Origin: an uncultured virus (IMG/VR IMGVR_UViG_3300025131_007349)
Lineage: Duplodnaviria; Heunggongvirae; Uroviricota; Caudoviricetes
IMG/VR virus record: IMGVR_UViG_3300025131_007349
DNA: 64,000 nucleotides
Reading direction: 5' to 3' (one strand)
Below the pieces are notes generated by a model. That model did not search any database. It saw nothing but the letters and a program-made list of their open reading frames with translations, and was not told the DNA's origin. Below are positions 18,624 to 27,200 of this stretch, piece by piece. The first letter of the stretch is position 1; each line of letters opens with the position of its first letter. The position numbers and the translations under genes are program-made.

Positions 18624-18839
18624 GTCGTTACCCTTCTCTATGATTTTTTTTACCTTTTCTTGAATTTTTTCTGGTGTTAAATCCTCACCCTCCAATAAAT
18701 TCAGGACATCAGTAGAGGCTCCACTTTCCGCGATTATTGCATCAGCTTTTTTTAACCAATCCTTAACACCATCTAACCCACCAGTTTTTAATAGGTTTAG
18801 AACCTGGTCATTGAATAAGTATCTTTTATTGAACCCCAT
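18615..18839 (-). CDS. hypothetical protein
   Basis: MGFNKRY start, 74 aa. Confidence 0.55.
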   Translation of the reverse strand: MGFNKRYLFNDQVLNLLKTGGLDGVKDWLKKADAIIAESGASTDVLNLLEGEDLTPEKIQEKVKKIIEKGNDLN

Positions 18840-18840
18840 A

Positions 18841-19047
18841 TTAGTATTTTTCAGGTGTTATTACCCATAGAATAACATAAATTAATATTATTGGTACTGA
18901 AGGTATAAAGAATGATATTATGAATAATAATCGTATTAAAGTGACATCACTGCCAAAATAATTAGATATTCCCGCACAAACACCACCGATATTACCACGA
19001 GTTAAATCTCTTACTAATTTATTATTTTTTGTCTTTTCATTTTGCAT
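18841..19047 (-). CDS. pspC: PspC-domain membrane protein
   Basis: IGGVCAGISNYFGSDVTLIRLLF...IYVILWVITP. Confidence 0.88.
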   Translation of the reverse strand: MQNEKTKNNKLVRDLTRGNIGGVCAGISNYFGSDVTLIRLLFIISFFIPSVPIILIYVILWVITPEKY

Positions 19048-19127
19048 TTTAAATTTTTTTAATAAATTTATATTAATAGAATCTATTTATTAATTAAATG
19101 TAACAAATAAAACCAGAAAGACCAACG

Positions 19128-19391
19128 ATGATTAAATATTTCTTATATAGTCAACAAGGATGTGAATTCTGTGATGAATTAAAAAAGGTCTTAGACAACA
19201 ATAATGTAACTTACACTATAAAAGATGTTGCTTTAAATAGAATGGAATGGGAAGTGGTAAGAGAAAAAGAAAACATTAAATACACACCAACCCTTGTTGC
19301 GGTAAATCGTAATAATAAGGAACTTAAATTCCTAGCGGTAGATAGAGATTTTGATACCCCTGAACAATTAATAAAATTAATTAAAATATAA
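19128..19391 (+). CDS. glutaredoxin-like protein
   Basis: YSQQGCEFC; cis-Pro motif YTPTL. Confidence 0.85.
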   Translation: MIKYFLYSQQGCEFCDELKKVLDNNNVTYTIKDVALNRMEWEVVREKENIKYTPTLVAVNRNNKELKFLAVDRDFDTPEQLIKLIKI

Positions 19392-19397
19392 AATAAG

Positions 19398-20162
19398 ATG
19401 AAAACAAATTGGGACGAAATAACACCATTTAGAATATTGGTAGTGATATTAGGGATAGCTCTTATAATATCAGTATTACCGGGCTGTATGGTGTATGAAG
19501 GAAGTTATACAACCAAATCTAATACACATAGTTGTGAATTAATGGATAGAGGGCAGGCATGTCTTTCAGACCACTCCTGTTGTAAAGACGATAGCGATGA
19601 AGTTTCCTACTGGAGAACTAATTACGCGTCAACAGCTGGACTATATTATTACAACGATATTCCTTATTGGGGGTATTATAGTGGGTATTATTACTATTAC
19701 GGGTATAGACACACATATCCTTGGTGGTACTATTATAATTTCACTCCACCATATTATTATGGCATTACAACCCATGTGCATTGTCACATAGGTAATAGTG
19801 GGTATGTTTATAGACCAAGAGGGAATTGGAGACACAATAATAGAACAAACTTAACCTACCATCACGATAAGGTTCATACTACAGGTGTAAATGTTAAGAG
19901 TAAGTCAAATGTGCCAACCAAGTTTAGAAATATAAAGGTAAATGTTACTCGTAATAACAAAACGAATGTAAAAACCAACACTAATTACACTCGTCCTAAT
20001 GTAAAAACTAATAAAATTAAGATTAATCGCTCAAATACGATTAAAACAAACACCAATAAAACTAATATTAATCGTAATAATCGCTCAAATACTAATAAAA
20101 TCAACATAAATAGACAAAATAAGTCTAATACTCGTACTAATTCTAACCGAAGACCTAAGTAA
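19398..20162 (+). CDS. lipoprotein-like protein with Tyr-rich core and Asn/Arg/Thr-rich tail
   Basis: Hydrophobic N-terminus ending LPGC; YWGYYSGYYYYYGY; low-complexity basic tail. Confidence 0.6.
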   Translation: MKTNWDEITPFRILVVILGIALIISVLPGCMVYEGSYTTKSNTHSCELMDRGQACLSDHSCCKDDSDEVSYWRTNYASTAGLYYYNDIPYWGYYSGYYYYYGYRHTYPWWYYYNFTPPYYYGITTHVHCHIGNSGYVYRPRGNWRHNNRTNLTYHHDKVHTTGVNVKSKSNVPTKFRNIKVNVTRNNKTNVKTNTNYTRPNVKTNKIKINRSNTIKTNTNKTNINRNNRSNTNKININRQNKSNTRTNSNRRPK

Positions 20163-20189
20163 GATGTATTTATTAAAAAAAAATATTTA

Positions 20190-20444
20190 ATGCCACGATT
20201 AACCCACGAACATTTACACACTGAGATAAAACTTGTAAAAAAAGATGTATGTCATGTAAAAGAAGGACAAGATAAAATGCAAGCTGATATAACAATGATT
20301 AAACGAACATTGTTAGACCCTGATTCAGGAGCTATAGCAAGAGTTAATCGTAATACTGAATTTAGAAAAAAAGCCGGAGCCGCTATCTGGTCTGTTTGGA
20401 TAGCAACTTTAGGTATAATAGGTAAAATGTTATTTTGGGATTAA
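20190..20444 (+). CDS. small protein with C-terminal TM helix (possible lysis accessory)
   Basis: Coiled coil followed by AIWSVWIATLGIIGKMLFW; TATTTAT at 20167. Confidence 0.55.
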   Translation: MPRLTHEHLHTEIKLVKKDVCHVKEGQDKMQADITMIKRTLLDPDSGAIARVNRNTEFRKKAGAAIWSVWIATLGIIGKMLFWD

Positions 20445-20511
20445 TCCTCTTTAATAAAACAAATATATAGAACATATAAAACCAATAGAAGTGATAAAAA
20501 CTTAACTATTG

Positions 20512-20829
20512 TCATCTCCATGGAGTTAATTTTCCTATAAGATTATTGATTGTTTTTATTACAGGATAGTACTTCTTGTATAATTTACAAAGTTTGGGTT
20601 CGTACCATTTCATTTGATTATGTGTCATCTTTTTAAATTTATTAAAATTTTTATATTTCAATAAATCACAATAACTAACATCGGTACTCCCCATATCGTG
20701 CATATTTATTTTTTCTTGGACCTGAAATAATACATCATAAGGTTTTGAAAATTCTACATCAACATAACGCCATGGGGACGATATTAATTTTCTTGAATCA
20801 TTATATTTTTTGTCTATGTATTGTCTCAT
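20512..20829 (-). CDS. hypothetical protein
   Basis: 105-aa ORF. Confidence 0.5.
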   Translation of the reverse strand: MRQYIDKKYNDSRKLISSPWRYVDVEFSKPYDVLFQVQEKINMHDMGSTDVSYCDLLKYKNFNKFKKMTHNQMKWYEPKLCKLYKKYYPVIKTINNLIGKLTPWR

Positions 20830-20855
20830 AGTATAAGTGTAATAATTTTTTTTTA

Positions 20856-21014
20856 TTATTCAAAATTAAATCTTAGTTGATTTGGGTTTTTATTTGTAGA
20901 CCTTCGTGAGGGTGTTGTATTTCTTTTAATTGACACTTTTATTCTACGGGTATGTTTACTAACCCAAGTACCATCTTTTCTAAAATACCCTTTGACTTCT
21001 ATTTGTTTGTACAT
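20856..21014 (-). CDS. small basic protein with VKGYFRKDGTWV motif
   Basis: MYKQIEVKGYFRKDGTWVSKHTRR...; TTGACT-N17-TGTAAT upstream; absent from the ORF track. Confidence 0.55.
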   Translation of the reverse strand: MYKQIEVKGYFRKDGTWVSKHTRRIKVSIKRNTTPSRRSTNKNPNQLRFNFE

Positions 21015-21112
21015 TATATATTACACTCTATATTATAATTTAAGTCAATAATTTAAAAAGACAATAAAGACTATATTATACTTAAGTTATATTTATTTAT
21101 AAACATTATATT

Positions 21113-21463
21113 ATGAACGTATTACATTGGCCAGGACATAAGTGGAACGCTTACAAACAAAATTCTAATAATTTTACTAATAATGACGCTGAAATGGATA
21201 GAATTAGAGACCTACATATTCATGAAAATCAAAGACTTGATGCTGCAACTAAAGTTACAGGTCTGTTAAAACAATATAAAGAAAATCATGGTCTCGTGGA
21301 AGATGCTGAGGGCATTACAGTTAATAATGAATTAGATGTAACGGAATATAAAAATCATAAAGTTAATAATGGTGAACCGCCATTTGAGTCAGAAGAAGAA
21401 GTTGAGAATATGGAGGCTACTTCAGCAGGTTCTGCCGGAGCTTTTTCAGGGCCATTAAGATAG
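21113..21463 (+). CDS. putative virion-internal protein ending in a capsid N-arm-like motif
   Basis: EMDRIRDLH; C-terminal EATSAGSAGAFSGPLR. Confidence 0.65.
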   Translation: MNVLHWPGHKWNAYKQNSNNFTNNDAEMDRIRDLHIHENQRLDAATKVTGLLKQYKENHGLVEDAEGITVNNELDVTEYKNHKVNNGEPPFESEEEVENMEATSAGSAGAFSGPLR

Positions 21464-21465
21464 AA

Positions 21466-21810
21466 TCATTTCCAGAAAATTTGAATAAACACCAGTACAC
21501 TAGCTAACATTAAGCTTACCATGGTCTTTGTGTTTATGCCCTCACCTTTAAACCACCACGTGAGAAACGCAAATACCACTACACCACAACAAAAAACCAG
21601 TATTCTCTGAGGCCATAATAATTCATTAAAGCCCACATAACCACATCTCGTCGCTTCAAGAAACACATAACTTATAGGGATACCACATAACGCAACTGCC
21701 CACTCATATTTTTTGAAGACAGGCCAAACAAATTGACCATTAAGTTGTAACCAAACTAGAATTTGGCCAACAAAGAAAAGTAGTGTAGAAATTAAAATAT
21801 ATCGGTTCAT
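21466..21810 (-). CDS. four-TM small membrane protein
   Basis: Four hydrophobic helices in about 114 aa (DMT/SMR-like size). Confidence 0.65.
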   Translation of the reverse strand: MNRYILISTLLFFVGQILVWLQLNGQFVWPVFKKYEWAVALCGIPISYVFLEATRCGYVGFNELLWPQRILVFCCGVVVFAFLTWWFKGEGINTKTMVSLMLASVLVFIQIFWK

Positions 21811-21869
21811 ATTCTTAATAATAAATAATATTAAACAAGTTATCAAACTATTTATGAGTAAAACGCTTT

Positions 21870-22139
21870 ATGAAGAATAAATTCGGCTTAACACAATCAC
21901 TGATAAATGAAATTAGTGAAAGAACTACCAAGATGGAAGTCAATCAAGTATTGCGTATAAAAGATAGAGTACGATTATTATATATGGACGACCCTACCGC
22001 TGTCCCACCAAACAGCGAAGGTGAAGTTATTGGGATACAAAAGACACCTTGGGGGAAACAGTACACAATTAAATGGGATAATGGCAGAACTTTAGATTTA
22101 ATGGGCGACGCAGATGTATGGCTTAAATTGAGTAATTAA
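21870..22139 (+). CDS. DUF4314-like protein with short N-terminal leader
   Basis: DRVRLLYMDDPTAVPPNSEGEV...IKWDNGRTLDL. Confidence 0.65.
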   Translation: MKNKFGLTQSLINEISERTTKMEVNQVLRIKDRVRLLYMDDPTAVPPNSEGEVIGIQKTPWGKQYTIKWDNGRTLDLMGDADVWLKLSN

Positions 22140-22143
22140 ATAT

Positions 22144-23214
22144 ATGAAGATTATTACTGAACAAAGAATAGAGAACTGTAGTCCTCCTGGAACTATTGTT
22201 AGGAGTGCTGGTGGCAAGTGGAATTATACAAAAGCCAAAGGGCTACGTAACCTAAGGGATTTTGGAAAACTTTTAGTTGGGTTTACAGCAGACATTTATA
22301 AACCATTGGGTAGATGGACCGACACTACCCCGTGTCTTGAGGCTAAAGGCAAAACAGCCTATAGGTTTGGTGTGGTTAATGAGGATAGGTCATGGTCAAT
22401 ATTAAATAGAGTAGATAACCATTACTATGTTTTTGCGTATATTCTTAATGTGTTATACTCATCAGGTTTAGACGTAGTGAATAAGAATATGGTGGATATA
22501 GATTTATTAAGAGAAGCGTTAACCAAAGGTGTGGTGACAATAGGAGAGGAAGTAGAAAGTGAGGCACCTAATTTAGCCCCTGAAGAAATGGAAGCTAGAG
22601 GTGAATATATTCGCCCAGAAGATAGAGTGATAACACAACAGATAGAAGTAGAAGAACAAACTATAGAGACACCAACGTACAAGGATTTTTTTAGTGAGGA
22701 TGGACAATATTACTCTGATATTTTATGTGTGATACAACACACTACGGAAGACGGAGACAGTAGAGAGGAGGTCGCTTTAACATATTTACAGGGTATTTCT
22801 ACAAAAGGTGGAGAATGGATAGGTACGTGTCACGGAGATAAGGATGATGTTAAGAATGGAATAGATTTAACACAAATAATAGATGGCATACCACAAGGAT
22901 TCCAAGTAAAACCATTTCGTGGTGTGGGTGAGACCGTTGACGGGAACTACGTGGTAAGACAAGTCGGTAACTCTAGAGTATACCCACAACCCCCAAGAGG
23001 ACCAGAATTTTATGTGTTTGTTGGTAACGGTGGAGAATTAGATGGTGAAAAACTAGTATTTAAAAACGAGGGCGTTAAAAAGGGTGGGGACGGTAAAACA
23101 TATATATTCCCAAAATCATCTTTTGTTAGTACCACATTAATGGAAGCAGAACACAAGAAAATACTCAAACCACTTATAGAATATTATGTTTTTAAGAATA
23201 GTATGTTGATTTAA
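22144..23214 (+). CDS. hypothetical protein; possible PD-(D/E)XK-like C-terminal domain
   Basis: MKIITEQ start; REE...DDVKNGIDL...FQVKP. Confidence 0.55.
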   Translation: MKIITEQRIENCSPPGTIVRSAGGKWNYTKAKGLRNLRDFGKLLVGFTADIYKPLGRWTDTTPCLEAKGKTAYRFGVVNEDRSWSILNRVDNHYYVFAYILNVLYSSGLDVVNKNMVDIDLLREALTKGVVTIGEEVESEAPNLAPEEMEARGEYIRPEDRVITQQIEVEEQTIETPTYKDFFSEDGQYYSDILCVIQHTTEDGDSREEVALTYLQGISTKGGEWIGTCHGDKDDVKNGIDLTQIIDGIPQGFQVKPFRGVGETVDGNYVVRQVGNSRVYPQPPRGPEFYVFVGNGGELDGEKLVFKNEGVKKGGDGKTYIFPKSSFVSTTLMEAEHKKILKPLIEYYVFKNSMLI

Positions 23215-23244
23215 ATGATTTTATCAATATAATTCATATTTAAT

Positions 23245-23406
23245 ATGAAAAAAGATATGAATTATATTGCAGATTTAATAGAAGACCTTAAAACAGCTAT
23301 AGAAGAAGAAGATTGGACTTTAGTAGAACAGTGTTTACGTACACTAGAAGACATGGAAGATGATTCCGACAAACAAGATTTCTACTTTGAAAGAGACGAT
23401 ACTTAA
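23245..23406 (+). CDS. small acidic protein
   Basis: MKKDMNYIADLIEDLKTAIEEEDW...; 53 aa; absent from the ORF track. Confidence 0.5.
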   Translation: MKKDMNYIADLIEDLKTAIEEEDWTLVEQCLRTLEDMEDDSDKQDFYFERDDT

Positions 23407-23951
23407 ATTTTATAGAATTTTAAAATACTAAATTGGTACATTGGTACACCATTTTCAAGCCATTCTTGGTTAGAGGTTTTAATTCTTAATTCGGTGCCTA
23501 GATTTTCATATTCTAATATTGTGAATATTCTTTTTGTACCTCCTGTACTAATTTCTATAGTATTATTAAAATTACCTATTACATATACAAAGTTATATTG
23601 GTAATTAACTAATAAATCGTTATAGGTAAGTTCCCAAACAGTATTATTAACTGATACACTATCTAAAGGTGTTTGTGGGGAATTATAAACATTTTCATAC
23701 CCATTTAGTGAATATTGAGTGACCTCGTAGGTATCATTAGCAACCATACCTTCCGTGTGTGTATATCGTATACCTTCATATAATAACCATTTACCACTAA
23801 GATTAGGGTAATCATCTGTTACTATGCTAGTATTAGTAGTATCAACAGTTACAGTATTAGGCGGTTGTGGACAATCATCAAATTCATACTTTTCACACGA
23901 AGTGAAAGCAATTAAGAGTGAAAGAAAGAGTACAAGTTTAGAATATTTCAT
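23403..23951 (-). CDS. lipoprotein
   Basis: Lipobox FTSC followed by EK; LSGKW lipocalin-like motif. Confidence 0.7.
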   Translation of the reverse strand: MKYSKLVLFLSLLIAFTSCEKYEFDDCPQPPNTVTVDTTNTSIVTDDYPNLSGKWLLYEGIRYTHTEGMVANDTYEVTQYSLNGYENVYNSPQTPLDSVSVNNTVWELTYNDLLVNYQYNFVYVIGNFNNTIEISTGGTKRIFTILEYENLGTELRIKTSNQEWLENGVPMYQFSILKFYKI

Positions 23952-23956
23952 TTTTT

Positions 23957-24127
23957 TTATTTTTTAGGGTTAGACAATTTTATTCCTTTTTTAATCCAGT
24001 AGTAGAATTTATCCATAGAAAAGTGAGATAACATCGCTTGTTTTTTAGCAACTAATCTGCCAATTTCGACACCTCTTGGGTCACTAAACCCAACACTCAC
24101 TAATTTATATCCACTTTTTTTAATCAT
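23957..24127 (-). CDS. small hypothetical protein
   Basis: 56-aa ORF; TATCTTTG 4 nt upstream of the ATG; absent from the ORF track. Confidence 0.5.
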   Translation of the reverse strand: MIKKSGYKLVSVGFSDPRGVEIGRLVAKKQAMLSHFSMDKFYYWIKKGIKLSNPKK

Positions 24128-24207
24128 ATTACAAAGATAATAATTTTTTTTTAATTAACTAATAGGATATACGAAAATATTTATAATATGTTACAGTGTA
24201 TTTATAA
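24125..24207. repeat. duplicated divergent-promoter intergenic module, copy 2
   Basis: See 14227-14308. Confidence 0.85.
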
Positions 24208-24221
24208 AGAAATATATAACA

Positions 24222-24821
24222 ATGAAAAACGTAGTAAGACTTACGGAGTCTGATATAGAAAATTTGGTAAGAAAGGTATTAATGGAACATGATGCTGAAT
24301 ATGAGAATGCTGAATACGAAGATGAAGGGTTGCCTTTTGTGGGCTATGATGTAAGTACTGAAGTTTTTGATTTTCTAGAGTTAGAGAATAAACTTGGTGA
24401 AAAGATTAATGTGAGTAGTATAGTAGAAGAGTTTAGAGAAGACCTTATAAGTCAAGCTATGGAAGAATTAACTACTGAAGAAGAAGAACCAACACTAAGT
24501 CAGATAAACGATAGGGTAAATAATATAGCTCAAGATTTGTTAGATGAATGGAACGAGGCTAGCGAGAGTGATTTAGCAGAACAAGACCTTGACGCCGGAT
24601 TAGATACAGGTGCGAGTACGGACACCTCAACAGCAAGTTCTGGAGGTGGGACAGGAGCACCAGGATGGGAGACTGGTCTTACAAGAGGGAGAGGAAATCC
24701 ATTACAAAGTGGAGCACCTTATGACACCGGTTTAACACGAGCAAACGCTAATCCATTACAAAGTGGAGCACCATGGGAAAGTAAAGTGACAAGAGGTAAG
24801 GGAAATCCAACTTATATGTAA
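24222..24821 (+). CDS. putative virion-internal protein with RLTE leader and C-terminal repeats
   Basis: MKNVVRLTESDIENLVRKVLME; three copies of [WY][ED][TS]xxTRxxxNP. Confidence 0.7.
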   Translation: MKNVVRLTESDIENLVRKVLMEHDAEYENAEYEDEGLPFVGYDVSTEVFDFLELENKLGEKINVSSIVEEFREDLISQAMEELTTEEEEPTLSQINDRVNNIAQDLLDEWNEASESDLAEQDLDAGLDTGASTDTSTASSGGGTGAPGWETGLTRGRGNPLQSGAPYDTGLTRANANPLQSGAPWESKVTRGKGNPTYM

Positions 24822-24867
24822 CTTTTTTTACCGTTATAAACATATTTATAGGAGAAAAATAATTATT

Positions 24868-27198
24868 ATGCAAAAAGACAAACAAAATCTAAAGGAGGAA
24901 CTAGGTTCTTTACAATATTTAATTGAATTTGATAGAACCAAACCCCATACAGAACAAAAAGACTTATTAGAGTATACTAAGTTAGATAATATAACACCAA
25001 AAAAAATACTTTCAGACAAACCATCTAAAAAAGATGGTCTGCAAGAATTGGCACCTTTAATTGGGTTACTTGCAAGAATATCTCCATGGGCAGTTAGAGG
25101 TTTAGCAAATATAGGTAGAGGTGGAGCAGCGCTAGGTAGTAGAGGTATACTATCAAAATTACCAAGTGGTTTAAAATGGTTAGGTGGATTTGGTAAAGTA
25201 AGTACAAAAGGATTAAAAGGTATACCAGCTTCCCTTTCATCAAAAATAGCAAGTGGACAGAAACTAGGAAAAGGTATTCTACCAGCTAATTTGAGTAAAA
25301 GTATAATTAGTACACAAGCAGGTTCTGGTTTAAATAGACTGTTAACTTGGGGAACAGGAGCATATCTTATAGGTAAAATAGGTAGTAGTGGAGTTAAAGT
25401 TCCAGGAAACGCAGCTTCAGCAATGCAGGATTGGTCTGAGGGTGGTCAAATGACAGAAGACGACTTTTTGTCTATCGCTTTTACACCTGAAGTTTACGAC
25501 CAAGTAGAACAACAAGGGTTGATACAAGAAATTCCTTTTAATTTCCAAGCAGAAGGTACCTTAGCTCAATTAGCTGATGTAATTTATGACGCTACTGAAG
25601 GTGGCGAAAAATATTATGGTAAAGGTGTTGTAGATTTTCTTACATTTGGGGCTACAGAAGGTGCTGGTACAGAAGAAGATGATATCTATTCAGCTTTTAG
25701 ACAAGTTAATTCACTTTATGATTGTTCACACCTATCAGGAATATACCAATTAAAATATGGTACCCCTTTAATAGAAGAATTATTAGATGAACTATCAGAA
25801 GAAGATTTCCAACCAATTGCTGATATTTTAAGAGATAAACCGATTTGTATAATTGATGGTGAGAAAATATATAACATAGATGATTTAAACGACAAAATAG
25901 AATCTTTAGTCAATGATATGATTAACAGACCAGAAGGGTTACCGGCAACAAGAGTTAGATTTAAAACATTATTTGATGGGGAGGTTGTAGACGTTTTTCT
26001 GGATGTTAATGTTGCTCCAGTATTTGTAGCGGCAGGAAAAGAATACTTAGGTCAGTTTGAATATATAGAAGCGTCTGAAGAAAAAGTTTACTTATTATTA
26101 CCTAATCACAAAGTAGGAGCTATAGCTGATAAAGATGATAGAAAAGCTGTATTAAAAATATTTGGAAAAGGTGAAGGTGGTGAAGGAGCAGATTATGTAT
26201 TAGGTAGAGATATAGAAGTAGCTGGAGAACTTTATGAAAAAGGTGAAGATTTAGCTACTATCGCAGGACCTGGTGGTTATGCAGATGTAATTTATGATGA
26301 AATGGTAACAGATAATCCAAGAAGTGCACAAAGACAAAATTGGGTTCTACAAGGTGCTGCAATTGCATTTGTCATGGACACGGATGAATTTGAAGTTTTA
26401 ACAGAAGCTTATAAAGGACTAGAAAGTCTATTAAAAGAAAATCATTTCTTAGGTGAACAGAAATATAGAAGAAGTGAAGTTGAGGGTAAACATAGAATAC
26501 ACAGAATAAGAGGTAAGGTAGATGACACTAGTGGTGAAGAACCCGTTAAACCGAAAAAACAAAAATCATATGATTCGGTAAAAGAATGTACTAACGTATT
26601 TAAACTAGGTGATAGTGGAAGTGGTGTTAAACAATTACAGAAAGAATTAATAAGAAATGGTTATAAATTACCTGAGCATGGTGCTGATGGTGATTTTGGA
26701 CCAGAAACTAAAACAGCAGTTAATGCATTTTTAGGTAAGAGTGGTCAATCTCAGAGAGGGGTTATAGATTGTGATGATTTAATAGCCTTAGAAACATTGA
26801 AACATACTAATGAGACTGCTGGTGAAACAACAACCGATACAACTACACAGGCAACAACCGATACAACTACACAGGCAGTAACAACTGACACAACTACAGA
26901 AAAACCACAAGAGGATATATCAACTACTGATGTGACTAGTAAGAGAGAAAAATTACAAAATCTTGTTTTGAAGACTCCAGATAGTAAACAACAAAAGAAC
27001 TATTGTAAGAACTTAATCGCTTTCGAAGCTGGAATGTTAAAAAGTAATATGGAGAGAGCAACTGAGTTAAGAGCACTTAAAACATGTTTCGACAACCATG
27101 ACTTTGGATGGTTTGGACCCTCTAAAAGAGTTAGAAAAACTTACAAATTATTAACAGGTAATTTTAAAAAGAACATTAAAAAAACAGAGAAATTTTAG
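24868..27198 (+). CDS. multidomain protein with annexin-like repeat and peptidoglycan-binding domain
   Basis: GAGTEEDDIYSAF...YQLKYGTPLIEELLDELS; LGDSGSGVKQLQKEL...GADGDFGPETKTAV. Confidence 0.7.
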   Translation: MQKDKQNLKEELGSLQYLIEFDRTKPHTEQKDLLEYTKLDNITPKKILSDKPSKKDGLQELAPLIGLLARISPWAVRGLANIGRGGAALGSRGILSKLPSGLKWLGGFGKVSTKGLKGIPASLSSKIASGQKLGKGILPANLSKSIISTQAGSGLNRLLTWGTGAYLIGKIGSSGVKVPGNAASAMQDWSEGGQMTEDDFLSIAFTPEVYDQVEQQGLIQEIPFNFQAEGTLAQLADVIYDATEGGEKYYGKGVVDFLTFGATEGAGTEEDDIYSAFRQVNSLYDCSHLSGIYQLKYGTPLIEELLDELSEEDFQPIADILRDKPICIIDGEKIYNIDDLNDKIESLVNDMINRPEGLPATRVRFKTLFDGEVVDVFLDVNVAPVFVAAGKEYLGQFEYIEASEEKVYLLLPNHKVGAIADKDDRKAVLKIFGKGEGGEGADYVLGRDIEVAGELYEKGEDLATIAGPGGYADVIYDEMVTDNPRSAQRQNWVLQGAAIAFVMDTDEFEVLTEAYKGLESLLKENHFLGEQKYRRSEVEGKHRIHRIRGKVDDTSGEEPVKPKKQKSYDSVKECTNVFKLGDSGSGVKQLQKELIRNGYKLPEHGADGDFGPETKTAVNAFLGKSGQSQRGVIDCDDLIALETLKHTNETAGETTTDTTTQATTDTTTQAVTTDTTTEKPQEDISTTDVTSKREKLQNLVLKTPDSKQQKNYCKNLIAFEAGMLKSNMERATELRALKTCFDNHDFGWFGPSKRVRKTYKLLTGNFKKNIKKTEKF

Positions 27199-27200
27199 AT

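Noticed and set aside
26830..26899. 24-bp tandem repeat, and the 54-bp repeat at 24666, as possible CRISPR arrays
   Set aside because: In-frame coding repeats (TTDTTTQA) without unique spacers; no cas genes seen.
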